Source of the DNA: Alphaproteobacteria bacterium
GTDB lineage: Bacteria; Pseudomonadota; Alphaproteobacteria; UBA8366; Aestuariispiraceae
Length of the DNA: 64,000 nucleotides
Reading direction: 5' to 3'
Assembly: GCA_965223125.1 (NCBI GenBank)
Contig: OZ244984.1
Coordinates: forward strand, 1,586,353-1,650,352
This document shows positions 55,090-64,000 of the stretch, piece by piece (within the stretch, counting starts at the first letter, position 1; every line of letters starts with the position of its first letter). The notes beneath the pieces were generated by a model, which did no database searches, was not told the origin of the DNA, and saw only the letters and a program-made list of their open reading frames with translations. Position numbers and translations under genes: made by a program.

Positions 55090-57654
55090 CTACGCTACGA
55101 TATTCACGATCCGGTTCGGAACAACAATAACCTTTCGGGGTAGCTTCCCATCCAGAATTCGCTGGACATTTTCGTCTGACAGCGCTGCTTCCTGTGCCGC
55201 CTCGGAAGCACAGTCCCGCACCAGCTCGATTGTCGCCCGCAATTTGCCATTCACCTGTACCGCGATCGTTACCGTATCCTCAACCAGGAATGCGGGATCG
55301 GCAACCGGCCAGGGCGAATCGACAAGCATCGTCCCATGCCCCAGCACGGACCAGAGTTCCTCCGCCAGATGCGGTGTCATCGGTGCCATCATTCGAATCA
55401 GACACTCAAACCCAAAACGCCGGACCCAGTCAGAAGCCTGCCCTTCCTGCTTGTGGGCAAAAAGCGCATTCGCCAATTCCCGTATCCGGGCGATGGCACG
55501 GTTGAAATGGAATTTCTCCAGATCCTGGGTAACACCCTCAATGGTCTTGTGAACCAGTCGCTCCAGCGCTGCTTCAGCATCATCCATCCCCGGCGGACGC
55601 GCGCCACCTTCGGGTCCAAGAGAATATTCACCACCGGCCACGGCGCGATAGACCCGACCGAGAAAACGCCAAGCTCCCTCAACCCCGGCCTCCGTCCATT
55701 CCAGATCCCGCTCCGGCGGGCTGTCGGACAACATGAACATCCGGGCCGTATCCGCTCCATAGGAGCCGACAATATCAACCGGATCAACGACATTCTTGCG
55801 GGATTTCGACATTTTCTCGGATCGACCGACCGTCACTGCGGCTCCGGTATCGACATGGGAGACGCTGTCTCCCTCCCGACGGATCTGGGTGGGAAACAGC
55901 CAGGCCCCGGATGCATCCCGATAGGTCTCGTGACAGACCATGCCCTGAGTAAAGAGCCCGTCGAAAGGTTCCTCGATATCCAGATATCCGCATTGCTTCA
56001 GCGCCCGGGTAAAGAACCGCGAATAGAGCAGATGCAGAATCGCATGCTCGATGCCGCCAATATACTGATCCACCGGCAACCAGCGGGCCGCGCTTTCTGC
56101 ACTGAAGCCGCGTTCGCTGTTCCCGACATCCGGATAGCGCGCGAAATACCAGGAGCTCTCAAAAAACGTATCGAATGTATCTGTTTCCCGTTCCGCAGCG
56201 GCACCGCAAGATGGGCAGGACACATGTTTCCAGGTCGGATGACGGGCAAGCGGATTGCCCGGCTGGTCGAAATCCACATCTTCCGGCAATTCAACCGGCA
56301 ACTGATCATCCGGAACCGGCACCACACCACAGGACGGACAGTGGATCACCGGAATCGGACATCCCCAATACCGCTGGCGCGACACGCCCCAATCCCGCAG
56401 GCGGAAGGTGACACGCCCGTTGCCGACACCCAGTTCCTCCAACCGTTTAATGGCGGTGCGGATACCGGTAGAAACATCCAGACCATTGAGAAAATCAGAA
56501 TTGAAAAGCGTTCCATCACCGGTGAACGCTTCCGCAGCAACAGAAAATAAATCCGCATCCGCATCTTTCGGCAGGACCACCGGCATGACATCCAGACCAT
56601 ATTTCCGGGCAAAATCCATGTCGCGCTGGTCATGGGCCGGACAGCCAAAAATTGCGCCGGTGCCGTATTCCATCAACACGAAATTCGCCACGAAGACCTT
56701 GAAGCAGCGATCCGGCATGAAGGGATGGCGAACCTCAAGCCCGGTATCGAAGCCCTTCTTCTCGGCGGTTTCGATAGCCTCCTCACTGGTTCCCATCCGA
56801 TTGCATTCGGCAATAAAATCCGCCAAATCGGGATTGGTCCGCGCCAGTTCCTCCGCAATCGGATGGTTCGGCGCAACGGCACAGAAGGACATGCCATAGA
56901 GGGTATCCGGGCGGGTGGTAAAACAGTCCAGGCGATCCTCCCGACCGATGATTTCAAACTGGATCTGCGCCCCTTCGGATCGACCGATCCAGTTGCGCTG
57001 CATCAGCCGGACCTTTTCCGGCCAGCGCTCCAACCCGTCCAGCGCAGCCAGCAATTCCTCGGAAAAAGCAGTGATCTTCAGAAACCATTGCGAAAGACGA
57101 CGCTTTTCGACCGGGGCACCGGTTCGCCAGCCCTTGCCGTCAATCACCTGCTCATTGGCAAGCACCGTATGATCGACCGGGTCCCAGTTGACCCAGGATT
57201 CCCGGCGATAGGCCAAACCAGCCCTGAGGAAATCCAGGAACATTTTCTGTTCGTGACGGTAATATTCCGGCTCACAGGTCGCGATTTCCCGCTCCCAGTC
57301 AATGGACAGGCCCAGCGTCTTCAACTGCGCGCGCATGGCCGCGATATTCTCGCGTGTCCATTTCGCCGGATGCACCCTGTTCTCTATTGCGGCATTCTCT
57401 GCGGGCAGGCCAAACGCATCCCAGCCCATCGGATGCAGGACCGAATAGCCCCGCGCCCGCTTGTAACGCGCAACGACATCGCCCAGCGTGTAATTCCGGA
57501 CATGTCCCATATGGATGCGCCCGGAGGGGTAGGGAAACATCTCCAACACATAATATTTTTCGGAAGTACCGGATTCATCAGTCAGAAAGGATTGCGCCTC
57601 TTCCCAGCGCTCGCGCCATTTCTGCTCAATCTCAACCGGATTATACCTGATCAT
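55090..57654 (-). CDS. leuS: Leucine--tRNA ligase
   Basis: ATG at 57654 ([17 protein letters not shown]). [17 protein letters not shown] (HIGH) and KMSKSRKN (KMSKS). Confidence 0.95.
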   Translation of the reverse strand: MIRYNPVEIEQKWRERWEEAQSFLTDESGTSEKYYVLEMFPYPSGRIHMGHVRNYTLGDVVARYKRARGYSVLHPMGWDAFGLPAENAAIENRVHPAKWTRENIAAMRAQLKTLGLSIDWEREIATCEPEYYRHEQKMFLDFLRAGLAYRRESWVNWDPVDHTVLANEQVIDGKGWRTGAPVEKRRLSQWFLKITAFSEELLAALDGLERWPEKVRLMQRNWIGRSEGAQIQFEIIGREDRLDCFTTRPDTLYGMSFCAVAPNHPIAEELARTNPDLADFIAECNRMGTSEEAIETAEKKGFDTGLEVRHPFMPDRCFKVFVANFVLMEYGTGAIFGCPAHDQRDMDFARKYGLDVMPVVLPKDADADLFSVAAEAFTGDGTLFNSDFLNGLDVSTGIRTAIKRLEELGVGNGRVTFRLRDWGVSRQRYWGCPIPVIHCPSCGVVPVPDDQLPVELPEDVDFDQPGNPLARHPTWKHVSCPSCGAAAERETDTFDTFFESSWYFARYPDVGNSERGFSAESAARWLPVDQYIGGIEHAILHLLYSRFFTRALKQCGYLDIEEPFDGLFTQGMVCHETYRDASGAWLFPTQIRREGDSVSHVDTGAAVTVGRSEKMSKSRKNVVDPVDIVGSYGADTARMFMLSDSPPERDLEWTEAGVEGAWRFLGRVYRAVAGGEYSLGPEGGARPPGMDDAEAALERLVHKTIEGVTQDLEKFHFNRAIARIRELANALFAHKQEGQASDWVRRFGFECLIRMMAPMTPHLAEELWSVLGHGTMLVDSPWPVADPAFLVEDTVTIAVQVNGKLRATIELVRDCASEAAQEAALSDENVQRILDGKLPRKVIVVPNRIVNIVA

Positions 57655-57745
57655 CTGCCCGTCCCGAAAAGCGTCACCACAGCGGAAATCCCGCACCACG
57701 CTTCCCTTAGCGGGTTGGACGATGCCTCGTCAAGCGCGGCCGCCC

Positions 57746-58270
57746 CTAATCAAGCGTCGCCCGGCTGTCGATCCGCATCTGCCGCGCGCGCAGCAGGATG
57801 GCATTCTCGATTCGGGCCGGAACCCCTTCGGAAACCGGTGCATCCAGCCATTCGCCATTGGATCCGCGTTCCTGCCGGAACATCGAAACCCGCACCCCAT
57901 CGGCGCGCAGTTCCCGGCTCAGGATATAGACAGTCATCTTGTAACGTTCATTCGGTGCATCCGGCAGCGACGACCAGTCGGTAACAATGACGCCACCAAA
58001 AGCATCGGCCTGGGACAGCGGCATGAATGAGATCGTATCCAGCGAGGCGCGCCACAAATAACCGTTTACGGAAATCCCAGATGCCGCCGCACCGCCAGAG
58101 GCGCTGTCGCCACCGAGGGTGATCGCCTCACCGAAAACGGATCCATCCTGTTTCCGTTGTCGTTCCGCAGCATCTTCATTGAGAACCGACGGACCGGAAG
58201 AAAGACCGGAACATGCGGCCACAAGCAGCATGGCGGAGAGAAACAGGGCGTCGATCAATCTGAACTTCAT
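57746..58270 (-). CDS. DUF3576-family lipoprotein
   Basis: 174 aa with lipobox LLVAACSG, then NGYLWRASLDTISFMPL and GVIVTDW. Confidence 0.8.
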   Translation of the reverse strand: MKFRLIDALFLSAMLLVAACSGLSSGPSVLNEDAAERQRKQDGSVFGEAITLGGDSASGGAAASGISVNGYLWRASLDTISFMPLSQADAFGGVIVTDWSSLPDAPNERYKMTVYILSRELRADGVRVSMFRQERGSNGEWLDAPVSEGVPARIENAILLRARQMRIDSRATLD

Positions 58271-58304
58271 GCCACACCATCACATTGTAAGGTCAAAACA
58301 GACC

Positions 58305-58344
58305 CCAAAACAAACAAGGGGATGAGCAAGATTGCTCATCCCCC
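58305..58344 (-). terminator. Rho-independent terminator of the porin gene
   Basis: The minus strand reads GGGGATGAGCAA-tc-TTGCTCATCCCC (12-bp arms) followed by TTGTTTGTTTTGGGG, 24 nt after the porin stop. Confidence 0.75.
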
Positions 58345-58367
58345 CGATTGTTGCAACCCGAATTCCC

Positions 58368-59483
58368 TTAGAAGGAAACGCGCGTACCAACGATGACAGC
58401 CTGGGCGTCATTCGAGTTGTTGGCACCAACGCCACCTTCGTTTTCGAGTTCGAAGTTGTAGTACGAACCATAGGCGTTCAGGCCATCCGCGATGCGGTAG
58501 GTCGTGCCAACGTGCCAGACAGTCGACTCGTCCGAACGACCATTGCCGTCCAGATCGTCTTCAGACTGCTGGTACATGGCCGAGATCGAACCCGGACCGA
58601 AGTTGTAGGCCACACCGAGGTTCCAGCCGTCGCCGCCATCAGCAGCAGCAACACCCTTCGTGGTGTTGGAGTCCTGGTTGTCGAAGTAACCGGCACCCAT
58701 CGAGAAGCCAGCAAAGCTCAACGTACCACCCAGCATGAAGGAACGGATGTCTTCACGCTGTGCCGCACCGAGGGTCGCGCTGTCGTCATCGCCCATCTGG
58801 TACGAACCGTCGACCTTGATGCCGACGCCGCTGAATTCACCACCCCAACCGGCGGCAATATCAACCACGTTGTTCGCGGCAGCATCATTGACCTGAACCT
58901 GCTGAGCGGTACGAGCGCCCTGCGGGGTATAGGACACACCAGCCTGGAAGCCGGCAAAGTTCGGGGTGACATACGAGATCTTGTTCGCATCACTGGTCAT
59001 GCCTGCGGACGACTGATAGTAGTGAGTCGCGGTGCTGATGCCCAGATAGTTGGTGTTACGAAGGGCGTTGTTGCCGTCCGTACCCCAGGTACCGGCCTGA
59101 ACCGAGTGACCGGCGGAACCGGCGACCGAGTCAGAAACAGGATCTTCGGAACCGAGCTGGATCGTACCCCAGCCGCCACCGAAGGCAATCCAGGTTTCGT
59201 CGAACGCGCCGGCATTGTTGGTGGTGTAGCGCCACTGGACGTTGGCACGGTAGGTCATGCCCTGATCGGTGGTGCCACGGGCATCCCAGACGAGTTCGGA
59301 CATCTGTTCGTTCGCGGTGATGCTCGTACCGTGACCGGTGGAAGCGACATCCCCACCAGCGAACACGGCTTCGTAAGCCAGCGCACCAGAGAAGGTGACA
59401 ACCGGCGGCTCAGCGTGGGCAGAACCAGCCGCAAACAGGGAAGCACCCAGCAGGGCCGAGGATGCTAAGAGAACTTTTTTCAT
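58368..59483 (-). CDS. Outer-membrane porin (alphaproteobacterial general porin type)
   Basis: ATG at 59483 after GGAGAAGACC. Signal peptide MKKVLLASSALLGASLFAAGSAHA, then beta-strand-rich, Gly/Asp/Asn/Tyr-rich sequence ending VIVGTRVSF. Confidence 0.85.
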   Translation of the reverse strand: MKKVLLASSALLGASLFAAGSAHAEPPVVTFSGALAYEAVFAGGDVASTGHGTSITANEQMSELVWDARGTTDQGMTYRANVQWRYTTNNAGAFDETWIAFGGGWGTIQLGSEDPVSDSVAGSAGHSVQAGTWGTDGNNALRNTNYLGISTATHYYQSSAGMTSDANKISYVTPNFAGFQAGVSYTPQGARTAQQVQVNDAAANNVVDIAAGWGGEFSGVGIKVDGSYQMGDDDSATLGAAQREDIRSFMLGGTLSFAGFSMGAGYFDNQDSNTTKGVAAADGGDGWNLGVAYNFGPGSISAMYQQSEDDLDGNGRSDESTVWHVGTTYRIADGLNAYGSYYNFELENEGGVGANNSNDAQAVIVGTRVSF

Positions 59484-59667
59484 GGTCTTCTCCATTTTGG
59501 ACGTTTGGGCATCTGCCCCTTGAACTCTGAACTCGATTTGCGACCAACACAGTTTTGTTGTTCGCCACGGTCTGTTTTGACCACGCATCTTTATGGAACG
59601 CAAAGACTTCTCAATCAGACCGACGCGAAAACCAAAATCCTGTGACAATAATACAACATTTCCGGCG

Positions 59668-60939
59668 TCAGACCTCCGACAACACGCCCATTGCCTTCAG
59701 ATCACCCAACAGCTTGTCGACAGCAGTCACCGGTATCCGGCCATGCGCCGTCATAAAATCCCCCCGTCCGAAATCCTGCCGCGACAGGATCCACCGCAGC
59801 GTTTCCTCGCTGCCGGGCGGAATCGGAACCGCGCCGCGCGGACCGGCCAGCAACACCGCGCCCTTGTCCCGCACCAGCTTGAACTGCGGCCCCGCCACCC
59901 GGAACCGCCGGTCTTTCGCCATGATCGGCAAGGCATAGTTACTGCGGTCATAGCGCCAGGTTGCCTGATACGCCAACAGAGACTCCAGCACCACCGGGTC
60001 CTCTGCCAGCACGGCCAGCCGCGCCGACAGGTCCTGCAAGACGGCCCGCATGGCTTCCGGCCCCTCTGCGGCGCGCGGCAGATTGCGCCGGAATGCCTCA
60101 TCCTCCACCGCGAAATCCTGCAATGCGCCTAAGGCGTCTATCCCGATCAATCCGGTAACCCCGAAGGCGATATGCACCGTGCCGCTGGAGGAGGCGAGTG
60201 CATCATGATACTGGCCGCGTGGCAGATAAAGCACATCGCCCGGCCTGAGCGTTACCTCCATCAGGACATCGCCCCGCTGTTCCTGATGCTGCGCCTCACC
60301 ATAAGCGCCGTTCTCATGACGCGGATGGCGGATCGGATGCGGCATCCGGGTTTGATAGACCCGCCAGACCTTCTCCCCCTCGATATGCAGCGCGAATACA
60401 TCATGGGTGTCGAAATGGCTGTTAAACGCCTGTCGACTGTTCCAGGAACAATACAGATTGGCCTGAGCCTTGGCATCAAAGGCGGCCTCAAAAGCAGCCG
60501 CCGTGCGGCGCAGGGGCGCGGTCATCATGTCAATGTCGATCGCCACCAGCGATGCGCCCTGATGCAGCAGATCCATGACCTTGCCAACGACCGGCTGCAT
60601 CACCCGGTTCCCGGCCCGATCCTCCCGCGATTCACAATACAGCGGGGCAGGGACCGATTGCCTGTCGATCTGCAAGGCCAGCGTCTTTGACGTCCATTGC
60701 CCCGAATTGGTCAGCAGGTCATTCAGAACGGACCAGTCCATCAATCCCTGAAACTTGTGCCCGTCCTTCTTATACCCATCGTTCTTAAACCCGTCCTTCT
60801 TCGGTCCCGTATTCGGAATATGCAGCGGGCGCTTGTCGTAATAGTCACGGAAGAATTCCTCCTCGCTCATTGGCGCGAGGATCTCCGCCAGGGATATCGG
60901 CGATTTTCCATCCATCGGGTCTGTCATGGCATCATCCAT
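59668..60939 (-). CDS. JmjC / cupin-4 family Fe(II)/2-oxoglutarate-type oxygenase
   Basis: 423 aa. NSHFDTHDVFALHIEGEKVWRVY gives HxD, and GTVHIAFG gives the distal His. Starts 12 nt after the upstream TPR-sulfotransferase stop. Confidence 0.8.
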   Translation of the reverse strand: MDDAMTDPMDGKSPISLAEILAPMSEEEFFRDYYDKRPLHIPNTGPKKDGFKNDGYKKDGHKFQGLMDWSVLNDLLTNSGQWTSKTLALQIDRQSVPAPLYCESREDRAGNRVMQPVVGKVMDLLHQGASLVAIDIDMMTAPLRRTAAAFEAAFDAKAQANLYCSWNSRQAFNSHFDTHDVFALHIEGEKVWRVYQTRMPHPIRHPRHENGAYGEAQHQEQRGDVLMEVTLRPGDVLYLPRGQYHDALASSSGTVHIAFGVTGLIGIDALGALQDFAVEDEAFRRNLPRAAEGPEAMRAVLQDLSARLAVLAEDPVVLESLLAYQATWRYDRSNYALPIMAKDRRFRVAGPQFKLVRDKGAVLLAGPRGAVPIPPGSEETLRWILSRQDFGRGDFMTAHGRIPVTAVDKLLGDLKAMGVLSEV

Positions 60940-60951
60940 TCATTCGGGCCA

Positions 60952-62784
60952 TCAGGCCGGGTCCGGAACCGGATCGACAAGATCACCCAATTCCGCCTTG
61001 AGCCCGCCCAGATGGGACTCGAAGGGCGACCAGCGACCAACCGAACTCTTGTAGATCGGGCGGCGCACCTGCAATCGGCTGGCGGTCTGAACCACCCGCT
61101 TGTTCTCGAAGAACCGCTCCATCTTTGGATCCCAGTCCAGTCCGATCCGGTCCAGCACCGGCAGGATGAACTGGCCCATATCCTCCAGCAATGCCTCATA
61201 CTGGATCGGAACAATGCTGGCATCCCACTGCTTCCAGAATCCCATCAGTCGGTCATAATGGCGATAGTAATGGCCGATATCCCGCAGATCATGGTCGAAC
61301 AGCATTTCACTGGCAAAGCGCTGGGTAAAGATCGACCAGCAGACATCCAGCGGATTGCGTTCGATATTCAGGATCAGGGCGGTCGGGAACAGGGTGCGGA
61401 TCACCCCGACATTGATGAAATTGAACGGCAGCTTGTCGGTCACGAAGGCAGCACCTCCAGCGATTCCGGCTATCTCATCAAGATAGCCCGCCCGCATCGC
61501 CTGCCAGTCTTCGCGGGTCAGCCGCCGGTGCAGATCCACCAGGGTCTCACCCGCCCGCGTCCTTCCATCGATCAGTATCGGCAGGGACATCAACTCCCCA
61601 CCCCCGTGAATACGGGGATGGGACGCCAGGATCTGTTCCAGCAGACTGGTGCCGGATCGCGGCATGCCGACAATGAAGATCGGCTGCGGCTTTCCGCCCG
61701 CCGGCCCCTCATCCGGCACGCCGATCTCGCCCGGTTCAAGACCCCTGAAATGCGCAATCAATCCATCATAGAGCAATTCCGTGGCGCGCCGGTCATAGCT
61801 CTTGCCGACACTCGCCAGACGCATTCTGAACTGCTCCTGTGCCGCCTTGAAATACTGAAACGACAGATCATGGTCGCGCAGACTTTCCGCCGCCTGTGCC
61901 GCGCGATGAGTCGTGACCGGCGGCGCGTCTAAAAGCATGCGATAGCAACGCCGAAAGGCGGCAATTCCGTCGCGACGGTGCTGCATTGCCGGTCCTGCCG
62001 CATTGCCCTTGGTTTCCACCAGATCCGCCAGATCGAAATGCGCGGTCACATTTTCAGGATCGAGGCGAATCGATTCCTGAAACAGTTCCCGCGCCGCATC
62101 GACCTCCCCCAGGGATGTCAAAAGGAAGCCCATCCGGCTGCGAACCTCCGGATCGACCGGATCCTCGGCGAAAAACCGGTCCAGCAACTCCCGCGCCGCC
62201 GCGAAGTCGCCCAGCCCGACCAGCGCATCCGACAGGTTCAGATGCAATGACCGATCATCCGGATTGGCCCTCAATCCCTTTTCGAGAAGCGCTTTCGCCT
62301 GTACCGCTTCCCCCAGACTGTTGAGCAGCGATCCGAAATTCACATAGGGATCGGCAAAATTCGGATTCAGATGGATCGCGCGCTCAAAACACTGGATCGC
62401 CAGATCGTAGCGCATCGTCCCCTTATAGGCGATGCCGAGATTGTTCTGGACCTGCGCGTCATTCGGCATGGTTCGGGCAAGTTTGACAAAGGCCTTGATT
62501 GCCTCCCCGAAACGGCCCTGATCCATCCGCACGATCCCGATGCCGCTCAGGGCTGCCGGATTGTCCGGATCGATCTTGTAGCTTTTTTCGAAATACCGGG
62601 CCGCCTCGTCGAGTCGCCCCGCCTGATGATGAATGATCCCGACAAGATACAGCGCATTCGGTTCGCGCGGCATCTTCTGGAGAATCGCGGTCGCCCGTGC
62701 CTGTGCGGCGGCGGCCTGTCCCTGGTTGAATTCGGAAAACGCCCGTTGCAGCTCCGCTCTGATCTGGAAATCCGGTGCGCGCAT
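60952..62784 (-). CDS. TPR-repeat protein fused to a sulfotransferase domain
   Basis: ATG at 62784 (MRAPDFQ..). About 8 TPR units (NALYLVGIIHHQAGRLDEAARYFEKSYKIDPDN and others), then IFIVGMPRSGTSLLEQIL (5'-PSB) and IERNPLDVCWSIF. Confidence 0.85.
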   Translation of the reverse strand: MRAPDFQIRAELQRAFSEFNQGQAAAAQARATAILQKMPREPNALYLVGIIHHQAGRLDEAARYFEKSYKIDPDNPAALSGIGIVRMDQGRFGEAIKAFVKLARTMPNDAQVQNNLGIAYKGTMRYDLAIQCFERAIHLNPNFADPYVNFGSLLNSLGEAVQAKALLEKGLRANPDDRSLHLNLSDALVGLGDFAAARELLDRFFAEDPVDPEVRSRMGFLLTSLGEVDAARELFQESIRLDPENVTAHFDLADLVETKGNAAGPAMQHRRDGIAAFRRCYRMLLDAPPVTTHRAAQAAESLRDHDLSFQYFKAAQEQFRMRLASVGKSYDRRATELLYDGLIAHFRGLEPGEIGVPDEGPAGGKPQPIFIVGMPRSGTSLLEQILASHPRIHGGGELMSLPILIDGRTRAGETLVDLHRRLTREDWQAMRAGYLDEIAGIAGGAAFVTDKLPFNFINVGVIRTLFPTALILNIERNPLDVCWSIFTQRFASEMLFDHDLRDIGHYYRHYDRLMGFWKQWDASIVPIQYEALLEDMGQFILPVLDRIGLDWDPKMERFFENKRVVQTASRLQVRRPIYKSSVGRWSPFESHLGGLKAELGDLVDPVPDPA

Positions 62785-62894
62785 GGGGGCCTTTCGGGTC
62801 TCTACCCGCAAAAATCTTTCGCCTGGGACCGGTCCTGTATAGAATCCCCGCCACAAGAAGACAATCCGACATGCCATATCAAAGAGGGATCGCG

Positions 62895-63557
62895 ATGCAG
62901 GTCGTGGAAGCCTATCAACAGGTTCTGGAAAAGATAAAACGGGCGAAGGAAGATGCCGGGCGCGGGGCCGATGCGATCACGCTGGTCGCGGTATCCAAGA
63001 CCTATGCCTCTGACCGGATTTCGCCGCTGCTGCGCCTGTCACACAAGACTTTCGGTGAAAACCGGGTGCAGGAGGCGGAGGAGAAATGGCCGCCGCTGAA
63101 GGAACAGTATCGTGATATCCACCTGTCGCTGATTGGACCGCTGCAATCCAACAAGGCGCGCAATGCGGTGGCACTGTTCGACGAGATCCAGACCATCGAC
63201 CGGCTGAAAATCGCCGAAGCCATCGCGCGGGAATGTGACAGGCAGGACCGACGGATCGATACCTTCATCCAGATCAATACCGGCGAGGAGCCGCAAAAGG
63301 CGGGCATTCCGCCGCTGGAGGCCGATGCCTTCATCCGGGAAGTCCGCGACAGGATCGGTCTGACGGTGAAGGGGCTGATGTGCATCCCGCCGGTCGATGC
63401 CGAACCGGCCCCACATTTCGCCCTGCTGGCCAAGATCGCCGCGCGCAACGGCCTTGCCTGCCTGTCGATGGGGATGAGCAGCGACTATGAAACCGCCATT
63501 CGACTTGGCGCGACCCATATCCGCGTCGGCAGCGCGATCTTTGGGCAAAGGGTCTGA
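62895..63557 (+). CDS. yggS: YggS-family pyridoxal-phosphate homeostasis protein
   Basis: ATG at 62895 after AGAGGGA. LVAVSKTY (PLP Lys), FGENRVQE, HLIGPLQSNK-like LSLIGPLQSNK, MGMSSDYE and IRVGSAIFG. Confidence 0.9.
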   Translation: MQVVEAYQQVLEKIKRAKEDAGRGADAITLVAVSKTYASDRISPLLRLSHKTFGENRVQEAEEKWPPLKEQYRDIHLSLIGPLQSNKARNAVALFDEIQTIDRLKIAEAIARECDRQDRRIDTFIQINTGEEPQKAGIPPLEADAFIREVRDRIGLTVKGLMCIPPVDAEPAPHFALLAKIAARNGLACLSMGMSSDYETAIRLGATHIRVGSAIFGQRV

Positions 63558-63559
63558 TT

Positions 63560-64000
63560 TCAGATCGTACGCCGGATATCGAGCCAGCTATCGGAATCAA
63601 TTTCCGCCAGAAGTCCCTGAAGCAGGCTTCTGTCGAGGGCAATGCAGCCTGCGGTCGGCCTGCCGGTCTCGTGCCGACAATGCAGAAAGATTGCGCTGCC
63701 CAGGCCGGGCAAGACCGGGTCGGTGTTATGGTCGGTGATGACAACGATGTCATACAAGCCATCATTGCGCCACATCGCCTCGTGAGAGGCCGGATAGGGG
63801 CGCAGGACCGGGCGGTTATAGGCCGGATCCTCCGGTGCGTCGCACCAGCCATCCGTTTCCGCCAATGCCCGAAGGGAAAGGGGTGTAACCGGTGGATCGA
63901 TCCGGTCAGGACGAAAGCGCACTTCCAGCAGTTTCCAGCGGCCGAGCGGTGTCGCGCCATCGCCCTCCCGCTTCTCAGCCGCTTCAATCAGGCCGGATCG
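63560..64000 (-). CDS. L,D-transpeptidase (YkuD) family protein; 5' end lies outside the window
   Basis: GSAIFLHCRHETGRPTAGCIAL is the His/Cys catalytic motif. The frame stays open upstream of the track start (a GTG at 63922) to the window edge (..IEAAEKREGDGATPLGRWKLLE). Confidence 0.8.
   Translation of the reverse strand, partial: RSGLIEAAEKREGDGATPLGRWKLLEVRFRPDRIDPPVTPLSLRALAETDGWCDAPEDPAYNRPVLRPYPASHEAMWRNDGLYDIVVITDHNTDPVLPGLGSAIFLHCRHETGRPTAGCIALDRSLLQGLLAEIDSDSWLDIRRTI

Overview
GC-rich (about 60-65 % G+C in spot counts of coding lines) bacterial chromosomal segment with short AT-rich intergenic spacers. Gene content and order (glnD-murJ-trpS; mnmE-mnmG-rsmG-parA-parB facing holA-lptE-leuS; irr; DUF1127, DUF3576, DUF3501 genes) look alphaproteobacterial, possibly Rhodospirillales-like; this is an inference, no search was run. 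About 50 protein genes are supported and most are housekeeping. I saw no rRNA, tRNA, CRISPR array, transposase or integrase. The least ordinary part is the first 11.5 kb. It holds an AT-rich islet with a small Cys-rich ORF and an orphan MotA/MotB-like stator pair plus an MBL-fold hydrolase. It also holds a tight three-gene module (TPR/beta-barrel outer-membrane protein, secreted FecR-domain protein, CHASE2 adenylate cyclase) followed by a GAF/HD-GYP phosphodiesterase. I rank that envelope-to-cyclic-nucleotide module as the best candidate for an uncharacterised system. Other points of interest: a photolyase/FAD-oxidoreductase/DUF1365/CFA-synthase operon; an exonuclease gene with an in-frame TGA inside its DxE motif; a C/U-rich hairpin in the 3' UTR of a DUF1127 gene (CcsR/cuckoo-like); ICE-like boxes between irr and a rubrerythrin/HdrD-like/DUF3501 operon; an Lhr-PdeM pair without ligase or exonuclease; two BIME-like pairs of REP elements; three parS sites, one inside rsmG; and a TPR-sulfotransferase/JmjC-oxygenase operon. 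All family assignments come from reading motifs in the translations and remain to be confirmed by HMM or BLAST searches.
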